Origin: Nemertoderma westbladi
Taxonomy: Eukaryota > Animalia > Xenacoelomorpha
Direction: 5' to 3'
Length of the DNA: 64,000 bases
Assembly: GCA_032718475.1 (NCBI GenBank)
Contig: JAUCBJ010008062.1
Coordinates: 11,706 to 75,705 of the forward strand
The position numbers were made by a program, and so were the translations under genes. Below, piece by piece: positions 50,535 through 62,922 of this stretch. The notes under the pieces were generated by a model that did no database searches, had not been told where the DNA came from, and saw nothing but the letters and a program-made list of their open reading frames with translations. Position 1 is the stretch's first letter. Each line of letters begins with the position of its first letter.

Positions 50535-50708
50535 TTAAAACATTGCAGTTCTCGATTCTATCATAATCATCGCTACGCTCGCTGTGATCATATTCTTATA
50601 AAGTTATACTGTATAGCGAAACCGATTGGCTCTTCTCTGTGTAAGTAGCATCAACCAAATTGACATAGTATTATGATTTAACTGGGGGTCAAATATTTAT
50701 TATATATA

Positions 50709-53099
50709 CTAGAAAGCCAGTGGCCCTTCGGGCCACGGCTTTCTAGTTCACAAGCCTATTCACCATTCCAAACATTAATTAATTAATTAACTTAACAAAA
50801 CTTCATATGATTGAGAGTGTTCTCTCAAACAAAAGGACTGATGCTGTTTTACTTTTCAGATATCTACACTGGTCAACGTCCTTCACATAGATGTAGCCTT
50901 ATGATGTAGTACAGTAGACCTCTGACAATTATCAGCGTAAAAGCATTTTTAATAAATAAATGTGAGAATGTTTATAGTTTTCAGATTCAGATTTTTCGCA
51001 CCCTAGCAGTAGACTGGAAATCCGCAGACTGGTTAGGGTCCTCCCCATACAAACAGCCTATGGTCAAGCATGCCTTTCCCAAGTATAAGCAAAAAAGCAT
51101 TAGAAACAATGAAATTGGAGAAGGATTTCACTTGAGACATTTCACCCTCTAGCGGCAGACTGAGAAATTGCAGATTGGTCAGAGTTTTCCACAAACACGC
51201 AGTCTATGGTGTAGTAGACCTCTGACAAGTATCAGCCTAAAAGCATTAGAAACAACAAAACGGGATAAGGTTTTCACTTTCAGACATTTCGCCCCCTAGC
51301 GGCCGAATGGAGAACTGCAGTTTGTTCGGCGTCTTACCTAGACACACCCTATGGTGTACTACACATCTGGCAAGTGTCAGCCTGAAATCATATTAATAAC
51401 GAAATGGGATAAGGTTTTCACTTTCAGACATTTTGCCCCCTAGCGGTAGACTGGATAAATGCAGACTGGTTCTAGCTCCTCCCCAAACACACAGTCTATG
51501 GTGTAGTAGACCTCTGCCAAGTATCAGCAAAAAAGCATTATAAACAATGAAATGCATAAAGGTTTTCACTTTCAGACATTGCGCCCCCTAGCGGCAGACA
51601 GAGCTATTGCAGATTGGTCTTAGTTCTCCACAAACACGCAGTCTTTGATGTAGTAGACCTCTGACAAGTATCAGCCTAAAAACATTATAAACATCAAAAT
51701 GGAATAATGTTTTCACGTTCAGACATTTCGCCCCCTAGCGGCCGAATAGAGAACTGCAGGTTGTTCGGCGTCCTCTCCAGACACACACCCTATGGTGTAA
51801 TACACATCTGCCAAGTGTCAGCCTAAAAGCATTATTAATAACGAAATGGATAAGGTTTTTACTTTCAGACATTTGGCCCCCTAGCGGCAGACTGGAGAAA
51901 TGCAGACTGGTTCTAGCTCCTCCCCAAACACGCAGTCTTGGTGTAGTAGACCTCTGCAAAGTATCAGCAAAAAAGCAGTATAAACAACGAAATGGGTGAA
52001 GGTTTTCACTTTCAGACATTGCGCCCCCTACCGTCAGACAGAGGAATTTCAGATTATTCAGAGTTATCTACAAACACGCAGTCTATGGTGTAGTCGACTT
52101 CTGACAAGTATCAGCCAAAAACATTATAAACATCAACATGGGATAAGGTTTTCACGTTCAGACATTTCGCCCCCTAGCGGCCGTAAAGAGAACTGCAGGT
52201 TGTTCGGCGTTCGGGATAAGGTTTTCACTTTCAGATATTTCTCCCCCTAGCGGCAGACTGGGGAATTGCAGATTATTCAGAGTTCTCTACAAACACGCAG
52301 TCTATGGTGTAGTCGACTTCTGCCAAGTATCAGCAAAAAAGCATTATAAACAACGAAATGGGATAAGGTTTTCACTTTCAGATATTTCTCCCCCTAGTGG
52401 CAGACTGGGGAATTGCAGATTGGTCAGCATCCTCCGAAAACACACAGCCTATGGTGTAGTAGACCTCTGCCACGTATCAGCTAAAAGGCATTAATAATAA
52501 CGAAATGGGAGAAGGTTTTCAGTTTCTGACATTTCGCCCCCTAGCGGCAGACTGGAGAACTCCAGATTGATCAGTGTCTTCCCAAACACAAAGTCTATGG
52601 TCAGGAACGTATCTGCAAAGTATCATTTAGAACAGATTGAGTCTGATGGTGCAACCGCTGTTATAGAGTTTCCTGCTGGTTGACAAATTTGGCTGAAAAT
52701 GGTTATGGAATAATAGCCCAATTTGACCACAAATACGCATTCACGCATAAATGATGCATAAAATTCGCCTCGATATAACGACGTTTCGCGTCCATGTACT
52801 CGGGGCAGTCTGCATCACGTAGATGCGCATCAAAAAGTAGCATAATAGTCGAGACTCAACATGTAGAGTGACAGAATGAACTGCTAGGCCTACTGCGCTA
52901 CCGGTACCAAATTCACGAAATCTGCATTCACGCAAACAAACGCGTAAAATAAGACTCGAGATAGCGACAGTGCACGTGCTCGTGACGAGAGCTTTCGTTC
53001 GATGTATCGCGAGCTCCGATTGGTGCTTGTGTGTAGAAACGTATAGCTTGGACAGACAAACAAACAGACAGACAGACACATGATATTTATATATATAGA
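50709..53099 (-). mobile_element. Non-autonomous Helitron, family A copy 1
   Basis: The minus strand begins TCTATATATATAAAT with a (TGTC/TGTT)n tract and ends with hairpin CTAGAAAGCCGTGGCCCGAAGGGCCACTGGCTTTCTAG followed by T. Internal ~146-bp repeats. Confidence 0.88.
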
Positions 53100-54845
53100 C
53101 TAGAAAGCCAGTGGCCCTTCGGGCCACGGCTTTCTAGTTCACAAGCCTATTCACCATTCCAAACATTAATTAATTAATTAACTTAACAAAACTTCATATG
53201 ATTGAGAGTGTTCTCTCAAACAAAAGGACTGATGCTGTTTTACTTTTCAGATATCTACACTGTTCAACGTCCTTCACATAGATGCAGCCTTATGATGTAG
53301 TACAGTAGACCTCTGACAATTATCAGCGTAAAAGCATTTTTAATAAATAAATGTGAGAATGTTTTTACTTTTCAGATTCAGATATTTCGCACCCTAGCAG
53401 TAGACTGGAAATCCACAGACTGGTTAGCGTCCTCCCCATACAAACAGCCTATGGTCAAGCATGCCTTTCCCAAGTATAAGCAAAAAAGCATTAGAAACAA
53501 CGAAATGGGAGAAGGATTTCACTTGAGACATTTCACCCTCTAGCGGCAGACTGAGAAATTGCAGATTGGTCAGAGTTTTCCACAAACACGCAGTCTATGG
53601 TGTAGTAGACCTCTGACAAGTATCAGCCTAAAAGCATTAGAAACAACGAAACGGGATAAGGTTTTCACGTTCAGACATTTCGCCTCCTAGCGGCCGAATA
53701 GAGAACTGCAGGTTGTTCGGCGTCCTCTCCAGACACACACCCTATGGTGTAATACACATCTGCCAAGTGTCAGCCTAAAAGCATTATTAATAACGAAATG
53801 GGATAAGGTTTTCACTTTCAGACATTTGGCCCCCTAGCGGTAGACTGGAGAATTGCAGACTGGTTCTAGCTCCTCCCCAAACACGCAGTCTTGGTGTAGT
53901 AGACCTCTGCCAAGTATCAGCAAAAAAGCAGTATAAACAACGAAATGGGTGAAGGTTTTCACTTTCAGACATTGCGCCCCCTACCGGCAGACAGAGGAAT
54001 TTTAGATTATTCAGAGTTATCTACAAACACGCAGTCTATGGTGTAGTCGACTTCTGCCAAGTATCAGCAAAAAAGCATTATAAACAACGAAATGCGATAA
54101 GGTTTTCACTTTCAGATATTTCTCCCCCTAGCGGCAGACTGGGGAATTGCAGATTGGTTAGCATCCTCCGAAAACACACAGCCTATAGTGTAGTAGACCT
54201 CTGCCACGTATCAGTTTAAAGGCATTAATAATAACGAAATGGGAGCAGGTTTTCAGTTTCCCACATTTCGCCCCCTAGCGGCAGACTGGAGAACTGCAGA
54301 TTGATCAGTGTCTTCCCAAACACACAGTCTATGGTCAAGAACGTATCTGCAAAGTATCATTTAGAACAGATTGAGTCTGTTGGTGCAACCGCTGTTATAG
54401 AGTTTCCTGCTGGTTGACAAATTTGGCTGAAAATGGTTATGGAATAATAGCCCAATTTGACCACAAATACGCATTCACACATAAATGATGCATAAAATTC
54501 GCCTCGATATAACGACGTTTCGCGTCCATGTGCTCGGGGCAGTCTGCATCACGTAGATGCGCATCAAAAAGTAGCATAATAGTCGAGACCCAACATGTAG
54601 AGTGACAGAATGAACTGCTAGGCCTACTGCGCTACCGGTACCAAATTCACGAAATCTGCATTCACGCAAACAAACGCGTAAAATAAGACTCGAGATAGCG
54701 ACAGTGCACGTGCTCGTGACGAGAGCTTTCGTTCGATGTATCGCGAGCTCAGATTGGTGCTTGTGTGTAGAAACGTATAGCTTGGACAGACAAACAAACA
54801 AACAGACAGACAGACAGACAGACACATGATATTTATATATATAGA
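53100..54845 (-). mobile_element. Non-autonomous Helitron, family A copy 2
   Basis: Same termini as copy 1 with fewer internal repeats; exact CTAG|TC junction. Confidence 0.88.
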
Positions 54846-57210
54846 CTAGAAAGCCTGTGGCCCTTCGGGCCACAGCTTTCTAGTGCACGTGCAGATGATA
54901 TATGAATATGTGTGGGAGATTGGAGAACTGCATACGGAACAGACACCATCATTAAATAAAACACCACCCCCATAAGAGATAACTGTCAAGTTTCAACTTT
55001 AGTCAGATTGTAAATAACAAAATTTCCAGAAAATGATCACTTTCAGATCCACCCTCTACCTGCGGACTGGTGAAATGCAGACGGCGCTGCAGTTTGGTAA
55101 AGATGGGGTTTATGGTGAAGTAAAATGCCTGCCTTTCAAGTTTCAGCTTAAACAGATTGTAAATAACAAAATTGGTGTAGATGTTCATATTCAGACATTT
55201 CACCCTCTAGCGGTAGACTGAAGAACTGTAGACGACTCTGGGACTCCGTAAAGATACAGAATATGCTGTAGTAGATTCCTGCCAAGTTCCAGCTCAATAG
55301 GATTAAAAAGAACCAAATGGGATGAGGTGTTCACTATCAGATATTTCGCCCTCTAGCGGCAGATAGCGGGACTGTATACAACTCTGTGACTCCGTAAAGG
55401 TACAGCCTATGCTGTAGTAGATGCCTACCAAGTTTCAGTCTAAACCGTTAGTAAATAACAAAGTTGGAGAAGATGTTAACTTTCAGACATTTCACCCTCT
55501 AGCGGTAGACTGGGGAAGTGAATAGGATTCTGCAACCCCGTAAAGATACAGCCTATGATGTAGTAGATACCAACCAAGTTTCAGCTCAAAATGATTAAAA
55601 AGAACCAAATGGGATGAGGTTTTCACTATCAGACAATTCGCCCTCTAGCGGCTGACTGTGGAACTGTAGACGACTCTACTACTCCGCAAAGATATAGCCT
55701 ATGCTATAGTAGATGCCTACCAAGTTTCAGTCTAAAAGGATTGTAAATAACAAAGTTGGATGAGATGTTAACTTTCATACATTTCGCCCTCTAGCGGCAG
55801 ACGCGGGTAATGTAGACAACTCTGCGCGACTCAGTAAAGATATAGCCTATGCTGTAGTAGATGCCTACCAAGTTCAGTCTAAATGGATTATAAATAACAA
55901 AGTTGGAGAAGATGGTAACTTTCAGACATTTCGCCCTCTAGCGGTAGACTGGGGAAGTGTATAGGACTCTGCAACTCCGTAAAGATAGAGCCTAGGATGT
56001 AGTAGATACCTGCCAAGTTTCAGCTCAAAAGGATTAAAAAGAACCAAATGGGATGAGGTTTTCACTATCAGACAATTCGCCCTCTTGCGGCTGACTGTGG
56101 AACTGTAGACGACTCTACTACTCCGCAAAGATATAGCCTATGCTGTAGTAGATGCCTACCAAGTTTCAGTCAAAACGGATTGTAAATAATAAAGTTGGAG
56201 AAGATGTTAACTCTCAGACATTTAGCCCTCTAACGGTAGACTGGGGAACTGTAGACAACCCAGTGACTCCGGAAATATACAGCCTATGCTGCAGTATATA
56301 TCTACCAAGTTTCAGCTCAAAAGCATTAAAAACAATCCAATAAGATCAGGTTTTCACTATCGGATAATTCGCCCTCTAGCGGCAGACGGTGGAACTTCAG
56401 ACGGCTCTGAGTATTACGTTGCAACGAGTTAGGGCGAGACCTATCTAACGAGCTATAGTAAGCGAGATTTCATCGAGATTAGATGTATAATATTAGATAA
56501 AATAATAATACAGTAAGTTAGTAAGTACAGGCCAACAGAAATAATTATTTTACTTTTAATATTCATAACAGTAAAACAAAAATGTTATAAACCTCTCCTT
56601 CCACGCAGCCAATGATTGAGAAAGCAGAATGACTCTGAGCAATTCGCAATAGACAACCCAAACCCACCCCAATCAACACTCCAGCCTGCTTGCTCCTTAT
56701 CTGTGCCCAGCCAGCTAGCTGCGAGTTCAATAATTACCTTAACGTTGCTATGATACAGAAAACAATCCTTCCCTATTCAATACCAATAGGCCAATTCGAT
56801 CGTGCTTGGCGAATATGACATATTTATACACTACTTGATTTTTAATTAATAAATAATCATACATATTTATATTAAACACTCGAATAAAATAAAAACTTTG
56901 TGAGAATGGGACACGGCGAATCTACCCATGTTAATTTTATACTAGGTGGGATAAATGTTAGCCCTCTAAATCATTAATTACCGATAGAAGAACCGAAATA
57001 ATTCGATAAATTTCGCCCGAAAATCACGAAAATCGCCCTCTAGCGGCAGACGGGCGAACTTCAAACGGCTCTGAGTATTACGTTGCAACGAGTTAGGGCG
57101 AGACCTTTCTAACGAGCTATAGCAAGCGAGATTTCATCGAGATGGGTTCGATTGTATAGCCGATGACAAACACACAGACAGACAGACAATCGATATTTAT
57201 ATATATTAGA
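54846..57210 (-). mobile_element. Non-autonomous Helitron, family B copy 1
   Basis: 5' TCTAATATATATAAAT and a 3' hairpin-CTAG nearly identical to family A, with a different body and 146-bp internal repeats. Confidence 0.88.
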
Positions 57211-59409
57211 CTAGAAAGCCTGTGGCCCTTCGGGCCACAGCTTTCTAGTGCACGTGCAGATGATATATGAATATGTGTGGGAGATTTGAGAACTGCATAC
57301 GGAACAGACACCATCATTAAATAAAACACCACCCCCATAAGAGATAACTGTCAAGTTTCAACTTTAGGCAGATTGTAAATAACAAAATTTCCAGAAAATG
57401 ATCACTTTCAGATCCACCCTCTACCTGCGGACTGGTGAAATGCAGACGGCGCTGCAGTTTGGTAAAGATGGGGTTTATGGTGAAGTAAAATGCCTGCCTT
57501 TCAAGTTTCAGCTTAAACAGATTGTAAATAACAAAATTGGTGTAGATGTTCATATTCAAACATTTCACCCTCTAGCGGTAGACTGAAGAACTGTAGACGA
57601 CTCTAGGACTCCGTAAAGATACAGAATATGCTGTAGTAGATTCCTGCCAAGTTCCAGCTCAATAGGATTAAAAAGAACCAAATGGGATGAGGTGTTCACT
57701 ATCAGATATTTCGCCCTCTAGCGTCAAATGGGGGGACTGTATACAACTCTGCGAATCCGTAAAGGTACAGCCTATGTTGTAGTAGATGCCTACCAAGTTT
57801 CAGTCTAAACCGTTAGTAAATAACAAAGTTGGAGAAGATGTTAACTTTCAGACATTTCACCCTCTAGCGGTAGACTGGGGAAGTGTATAGGACTCTGCAA
57901 CTCCGTAAAGATACAGCCTATGATGTAGTAGATACCTGCCAAGTTTCAGCTCAAAATGATTAAAAAGAACCAAATGGGATGAGGTTTTCACTATCAGACA
58001 ATTCGCCCTCTTGCGGCTGACTGTGGAACTGTAGACGACTCTACTACTCCGCAAAGATATAGCCTATGCTATAGTAGATGCCTACCAAGTTTCAGTCTAA
58101 AAGGTTTGTAAATAACAAAGTTGGAGAAGATGTTAACTTTCATACATTTCGCCCTCTAGCGGCAGACGCGGGTACTGTAGACAACTCTGCGCGACTCAGT
58201 AAAGATATAGCCTATGCTGTAGTAGATGCCTACCAAGTTCAGTCTAAATGGATTATAAATAACAAAGTTGGAGAAGATGTTAACTTGCAGACATTTCGCC
58301 CTCTAGCGGTAGACTGGGAAATTGTAGACGACTCTGCGACTCAGTAAAGATTCAGCCTATGCTGTAGTAGATGCCTACCAAGTTTCAGTCAAAACGGATT
58401 GTAAATAATAAAGTTGGAGAAGATGTTAACTCTCAGACATTTAGCCCTCTAACGGTAGACTGGGGAACTGTAGACAACCCAGTGACTCCGGAAATATACA
58501 GCCTGCAGTATATAGCTACCACGTTTCATCTCAAAAGCATTAAAAATAACCCTATAAGATCAGGTTTTCACTATCGGATAATTCGCCCTCTAGCGGCAGA
58601 CGGTGGAACTTCAGACGGCTCTGAGTATTACGTTGCAACGAGTTAGGGCGAGACCTATCTAACGAGCTATAGTAAGCGAGATTTCATCGAGATTAGATGT
58701 ATAATATTAGATAAAATAATAATACAGTAAGTATAGGCCTACAGAAATAATTATTTTACTTTTAATATTCATAACAGTAAAACAAAAATGTTATAAACCT
58801 CTCCTTCCATGCAGCCAATGATTGAGAAAGCAGAATTACTCTGAGCAATTCGCAACAGACAACCCAAACCCACCCCAATCAACACTCCAGCCTGCTTGCT
58901 CCTTTATCTGTGCCCAGCCAGCTAGCTGCGATTTCAATAATTACCTTAACGTTGCTATGATACAGAAAACAATCCCTCCCTATTCAATAACTATAGGCCA
59001 ATTCGATCCTGCTTGGCGAATATGACATATTTATACACTATTTGATTTTTAATCAATAAATAATCATACATATTTATATTAAACACTCAAATAAAATAAA
59101 AACTTTGTGAGAATGGGACACGGCGAATCTACCCATGTTAATTTTAAACCAGGTGGGATAAATGTTAGCCCTCTAAATCATTAATTACCGATAGAAGAAC
59201 CGAAATAATTCGATAAATTTCGCCCGAAAATCACGAAAATCGCCCTCTAGCGGCAGACGGGCGAACTTCAGACGGCTCTGAGTATTACGTTGCAACGAGT
59301 TAGGGCGAGACCTTTCTAACGAGATATAGCAAGCGAGATTTCATCGAGATGGGTTCGATTGTATAGCCGATGACAAACACACAGACAATCGATATTTATA
59401 TATATTAGA
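57211..59409 (-). mobile_element. Non-autonomous Helitron, family B copy 2
   Basis: Near-duplicate of 54846-57210; the outer flank gives A|TC on the minus strand at 59410/59409. Confidence 0.88.
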
Positions 59410-59705
59410 TTATATATTTTATTAATATATATATTATTACATTGAGATTACCCTACCGTATATTAATGGCGACCCTGAACCTGCTGTTTAAAAGTCGGGA
59501 AGACCAAACATTTTAATTATTTATATATAATTACGTTAAACATTGAAAAACACTGTTGTTGAGAAGCAATAACCGTAATATTATATTACTTTATTTACAT
59601 CAATGTTACTTTTTATCACAGACCCAGCATAAATGTTTCGTTTTCACAGTTTTTTTTCTAGAATTCTTCAAGGATCTGAAGATATGGTGACATCATTCCG
59701 ATATA

Positions 59706-61533
59706 AATTCCTTAGAGACTTCACTAGTAACCCAACTGAATGAATTCCTTAGAGACTTCACTAGTAACCCAACTGAATGAATTCCTTAGAGACTTCACTA
59801 GTAACCCAACTGAATGAATTCCTTAGAGACTTCACTAGTAAACCAACTCAATGAATTCCTTAGAGACTTCACTGGTAACCCAACTGAATGAATTCCTTAG
59901 AAACTTCACTAGTAACCCAACTGAATGAATTCCTTAGAAACTTCACTAGTAAACCAACTGAATGAATTCCTTAGAGACTTCACTAGTAACCCAACTGAAT
60001 GAATTCCTTAGAGACTTCACTAGTAACCCAACTGAATGAATTCCTTAGAGACTTCACTAGTAACCCAACTGAATGAATTCCTTAGAGACTTCACTAGTAA
60101 ACCAACTGAATGAATTCCTTAGAGACTTCACTAGTAACTGAGTAACCCAACTGAATGAATTCCTTAGAGACTTCACTAGTAACCCAACTGAATGAATTCC
60201 TTAGAGACTTCACTAGTAAACCAACTGAATGAATTCCTTAGAGACTTCACTAGTAACTGAGTAACCCAACTGAATGAATTCCTTAGAGACTTCACTAGTA
60301 ACCCAACTGAATGAATTCCTTAGAGACTTCACTAGTAACCCAACTGAATGAATTCCTTAGAGACTTCACTAGTAAACCAACTGAATGAATTCCTTAGAGA
60401 CTTCACTAGTAACTGAGTAACCCAACTGAATGAATTCCTTAGAGACTTCACTAGTAACTGAGTAACCCAACTGAATGAATTCCTTAGAGACTTCACTAGT
60501 AAACCAACTCAATGAATTCCTTAGAGACTTCACTAGTAACTGAGTAACCCAACTGAATGAATTCCTTAGAGACTTCACTAGTAAACCAACTCAATGAATT
60601 CCTTAGAGACTTCACTAGTAACCCAACTGAATGAATTCCTTAGAAACTTCACTAGTAACCCAACTGAATGAATTCCTTAGAAACTTCACTAGTAACCCAA
60701 CTGAATGAATTCCTTAGAGACTTCACTAGTAAACCAACTGAATGAATTCCTTAGAGACTTCACTAGTAACTGAGTAACCCAACTGAATGAATTCCTTAGA
60801 GACTTCACTAGTAACCCAACTGAATGAATTCCTTAGAAACTTCACTAGTAACCCAACTGAATGAATTCCTTAGAGACTTCACTAGTAACCCAACTGAATA
60901 AATTCCTTAGAGACTTCACTAGTAAACCAACTGAATGAATTCCTTAGAGACTTCACTAGTAACTGAGTAACCCAACTGAATGAATTCCTTAGAGACTTCA
61001 CTAGTAACACAACTGAATGAATTCATTAGAGACTTCACTAGTAAACCAACTGAATGAATTCCTTAGAGACATCACTAGTAAACCAACTGAATGAATTCCT
61101 TAGAGACTTCATTAGTATCCCAACTGAATGAATTCCTTAGAGACTTCACTAGTAACCCAACTGAATGAATTCCTTAGAGACTTCACTAGTAACCCAACTG
61201 AATGAATTCCTTAGAGACTTCACTAGTAACCCAACTGAATGAATTCCTTAGAGACTTCACTAGTAACCCAACTGAATGAATTCCTTAGAGACTTCACTAG
61301 TAACCCAACTGAATGAATTCCTTAGAGACTTCACTAGTAAACCAACTCAATGAATTCCTTAGAGACTTCACTAGTAACCCAACTGAATGAATTCCTTAGA
61401 GACTTCACTAGTAACCCAACTGAATGAATTCCTTAGAGACTTCACTAGTAACCCAACTGAATGAATTCCTTAGAGACTTCACTAGTATCCCAACTGAATG
61501 AATTCCCCAGTGACTTCACCAGTAAACCAACTG
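59706..61533. repeat. 37-bp minisatellite AATTCCTTAGAGACTTCACTAGTAACCCAACTGAATG (~48 copies, some 45-bp variants)
   Basis: Direct tandem repetition; variants carry an 8-bp CTGAGTAA insertion. Confidence 0.98.
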
Positions 61534-61572
61534 ATGATGGCGACCATATGTGTACCAACAGCTGTTGCATTT

Positions 61573-61750
61573 TCATTGCATCACCTTGGTTAACCAATTA
61601 AATCCTTCGTGCAGTCCGTAGTTCTCGACAACAGAACAGGGTTGTATGAACCATGTATGGGAGATAAAGTCCCTCAAACCGACTCCTTCCGTTATTTCCG
61701 ACACAGAGACCGCCTTCGGAGAATCCTGCTTGTTGGCTAATATCAGGAAA
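61573..61750 (-). CDS. Arf-family GTPase, last coding exon
   Basis: Phase-2 acceptor ttttattttcag|T; encodes FLILANKQD (G4) and WFIQPCS....GLHEGFNWL, then stop. Confidence 0.92.
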
Positions 61751-62513
61751 CTGAAAATAAAAGTAAGCCTAATAAATAGAAAATAATTCATTGACCAGCA
61801 TTACCACACTATACCATTAGTAACTACTTTCTACTCAGGTGGAAAATATTTAAATAAGAAAACTAGTATACTATTACTGTAGTAGGCCACAACAAGCTAT
61901 GGTCTGTTCCTTAAATATAACAACTAACTCAGTCTTCAACACTGCACATGTTTAGATAGTTAAGTTACTTAGGTTATTTTTAGTACGGGGGGTCTGGCTG
62001 GTTGGTTGGAATTGTTACAAAAAGTCTAACAACGTGTTTTAGTGTAGGCCTATATCCTATACCAGAGGATAATAGGAAAGTACCAAGTTACAGTGGCAGC
62101 CTATCTAAACAAAACAATAAACTGAAGTTTAATTTTCCCCATTTGAGCCCCCTTTCCTCTTCAAGACCACTTTTCCCCCTAAGTTAATTGTACATCTACG
62201 TCACAACTATACATATTAAAATATAAATGCCATGATACAGTATTCACCATGACATCACAATCATGGTGCACAAAATTCCATAGCTTGGTATGCTTTTCCA
62301 TGGTGATGGCACAGGAATGAAACGGTAATTAGGGTTGATACATGATATCATGGCAAGAAAGTCACATTATGGTATAACATTGAATTACATGGCGCGGCGG
62401 AATTGTTGTATAGTGGTTTGGCACAACAGAGGCATAGGATGGCAAAACATGACTAATAGCAGGTTTTTGTACCCAACTGGCAGTATTTTCTGGTTAATAA
62501 CGTTGTCACTAAC

Positions 62514-62707
62514 CAGGCGTTCTGTAAATCCTCTATCTTTCTCAACCTATCCAACTCGGATTTAACTTGCGGGAACCGCTCGGGGTCACTGCTGTCTACC
62601 ACAATGACCACACCTTGGGCCCCCGCATAGTAATGTCTCCATAAGGCACGGATTCTATCTTGTCCACCTACATCCCAGCAAACAATCTGGGTTTTACCGA
62701 TAGAAAT
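62514..62707 (-). CDS. Arf-family GTPase, penultimate coding exon
   Basis: Phase-0 acceptor gtgtttcag|ATT; encodes WDVGGQDRIRALWRHYY (G3/switch II) and VVDSSD. Phase-2 donor TG|gttagt. Confidence 0.92.
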
Positions 62708-62922
62708 CTGAAACACAATATTAACAAATATACATATTAGAGCCACATGAAAAATACAAAACTTGTTTCATGTATACTCATACCTTAAGTAATATATTTA
62801 TATCGTAGGCCTAGGCCTAAATGAACCGTTAAACTCAAGTTGTATCTGAATTAATGCACAACCTTGCTCTTGCCGACATACATGTATATTTGGCTGATAT
62901 ATTTGGTTTTATTTGAAACGTT

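Noticed and set aside
51735-59025. Short duplicated ORFs in the Helitron block
   Set aside because: They lack Rep/helicase motifs and arise from internal repeats and microsatellites.
59706-61533. CRISPR-like array (37-bp repeat)
   Set aside because: There are no unique spacers or cas genes, and the context is eukaryotic.
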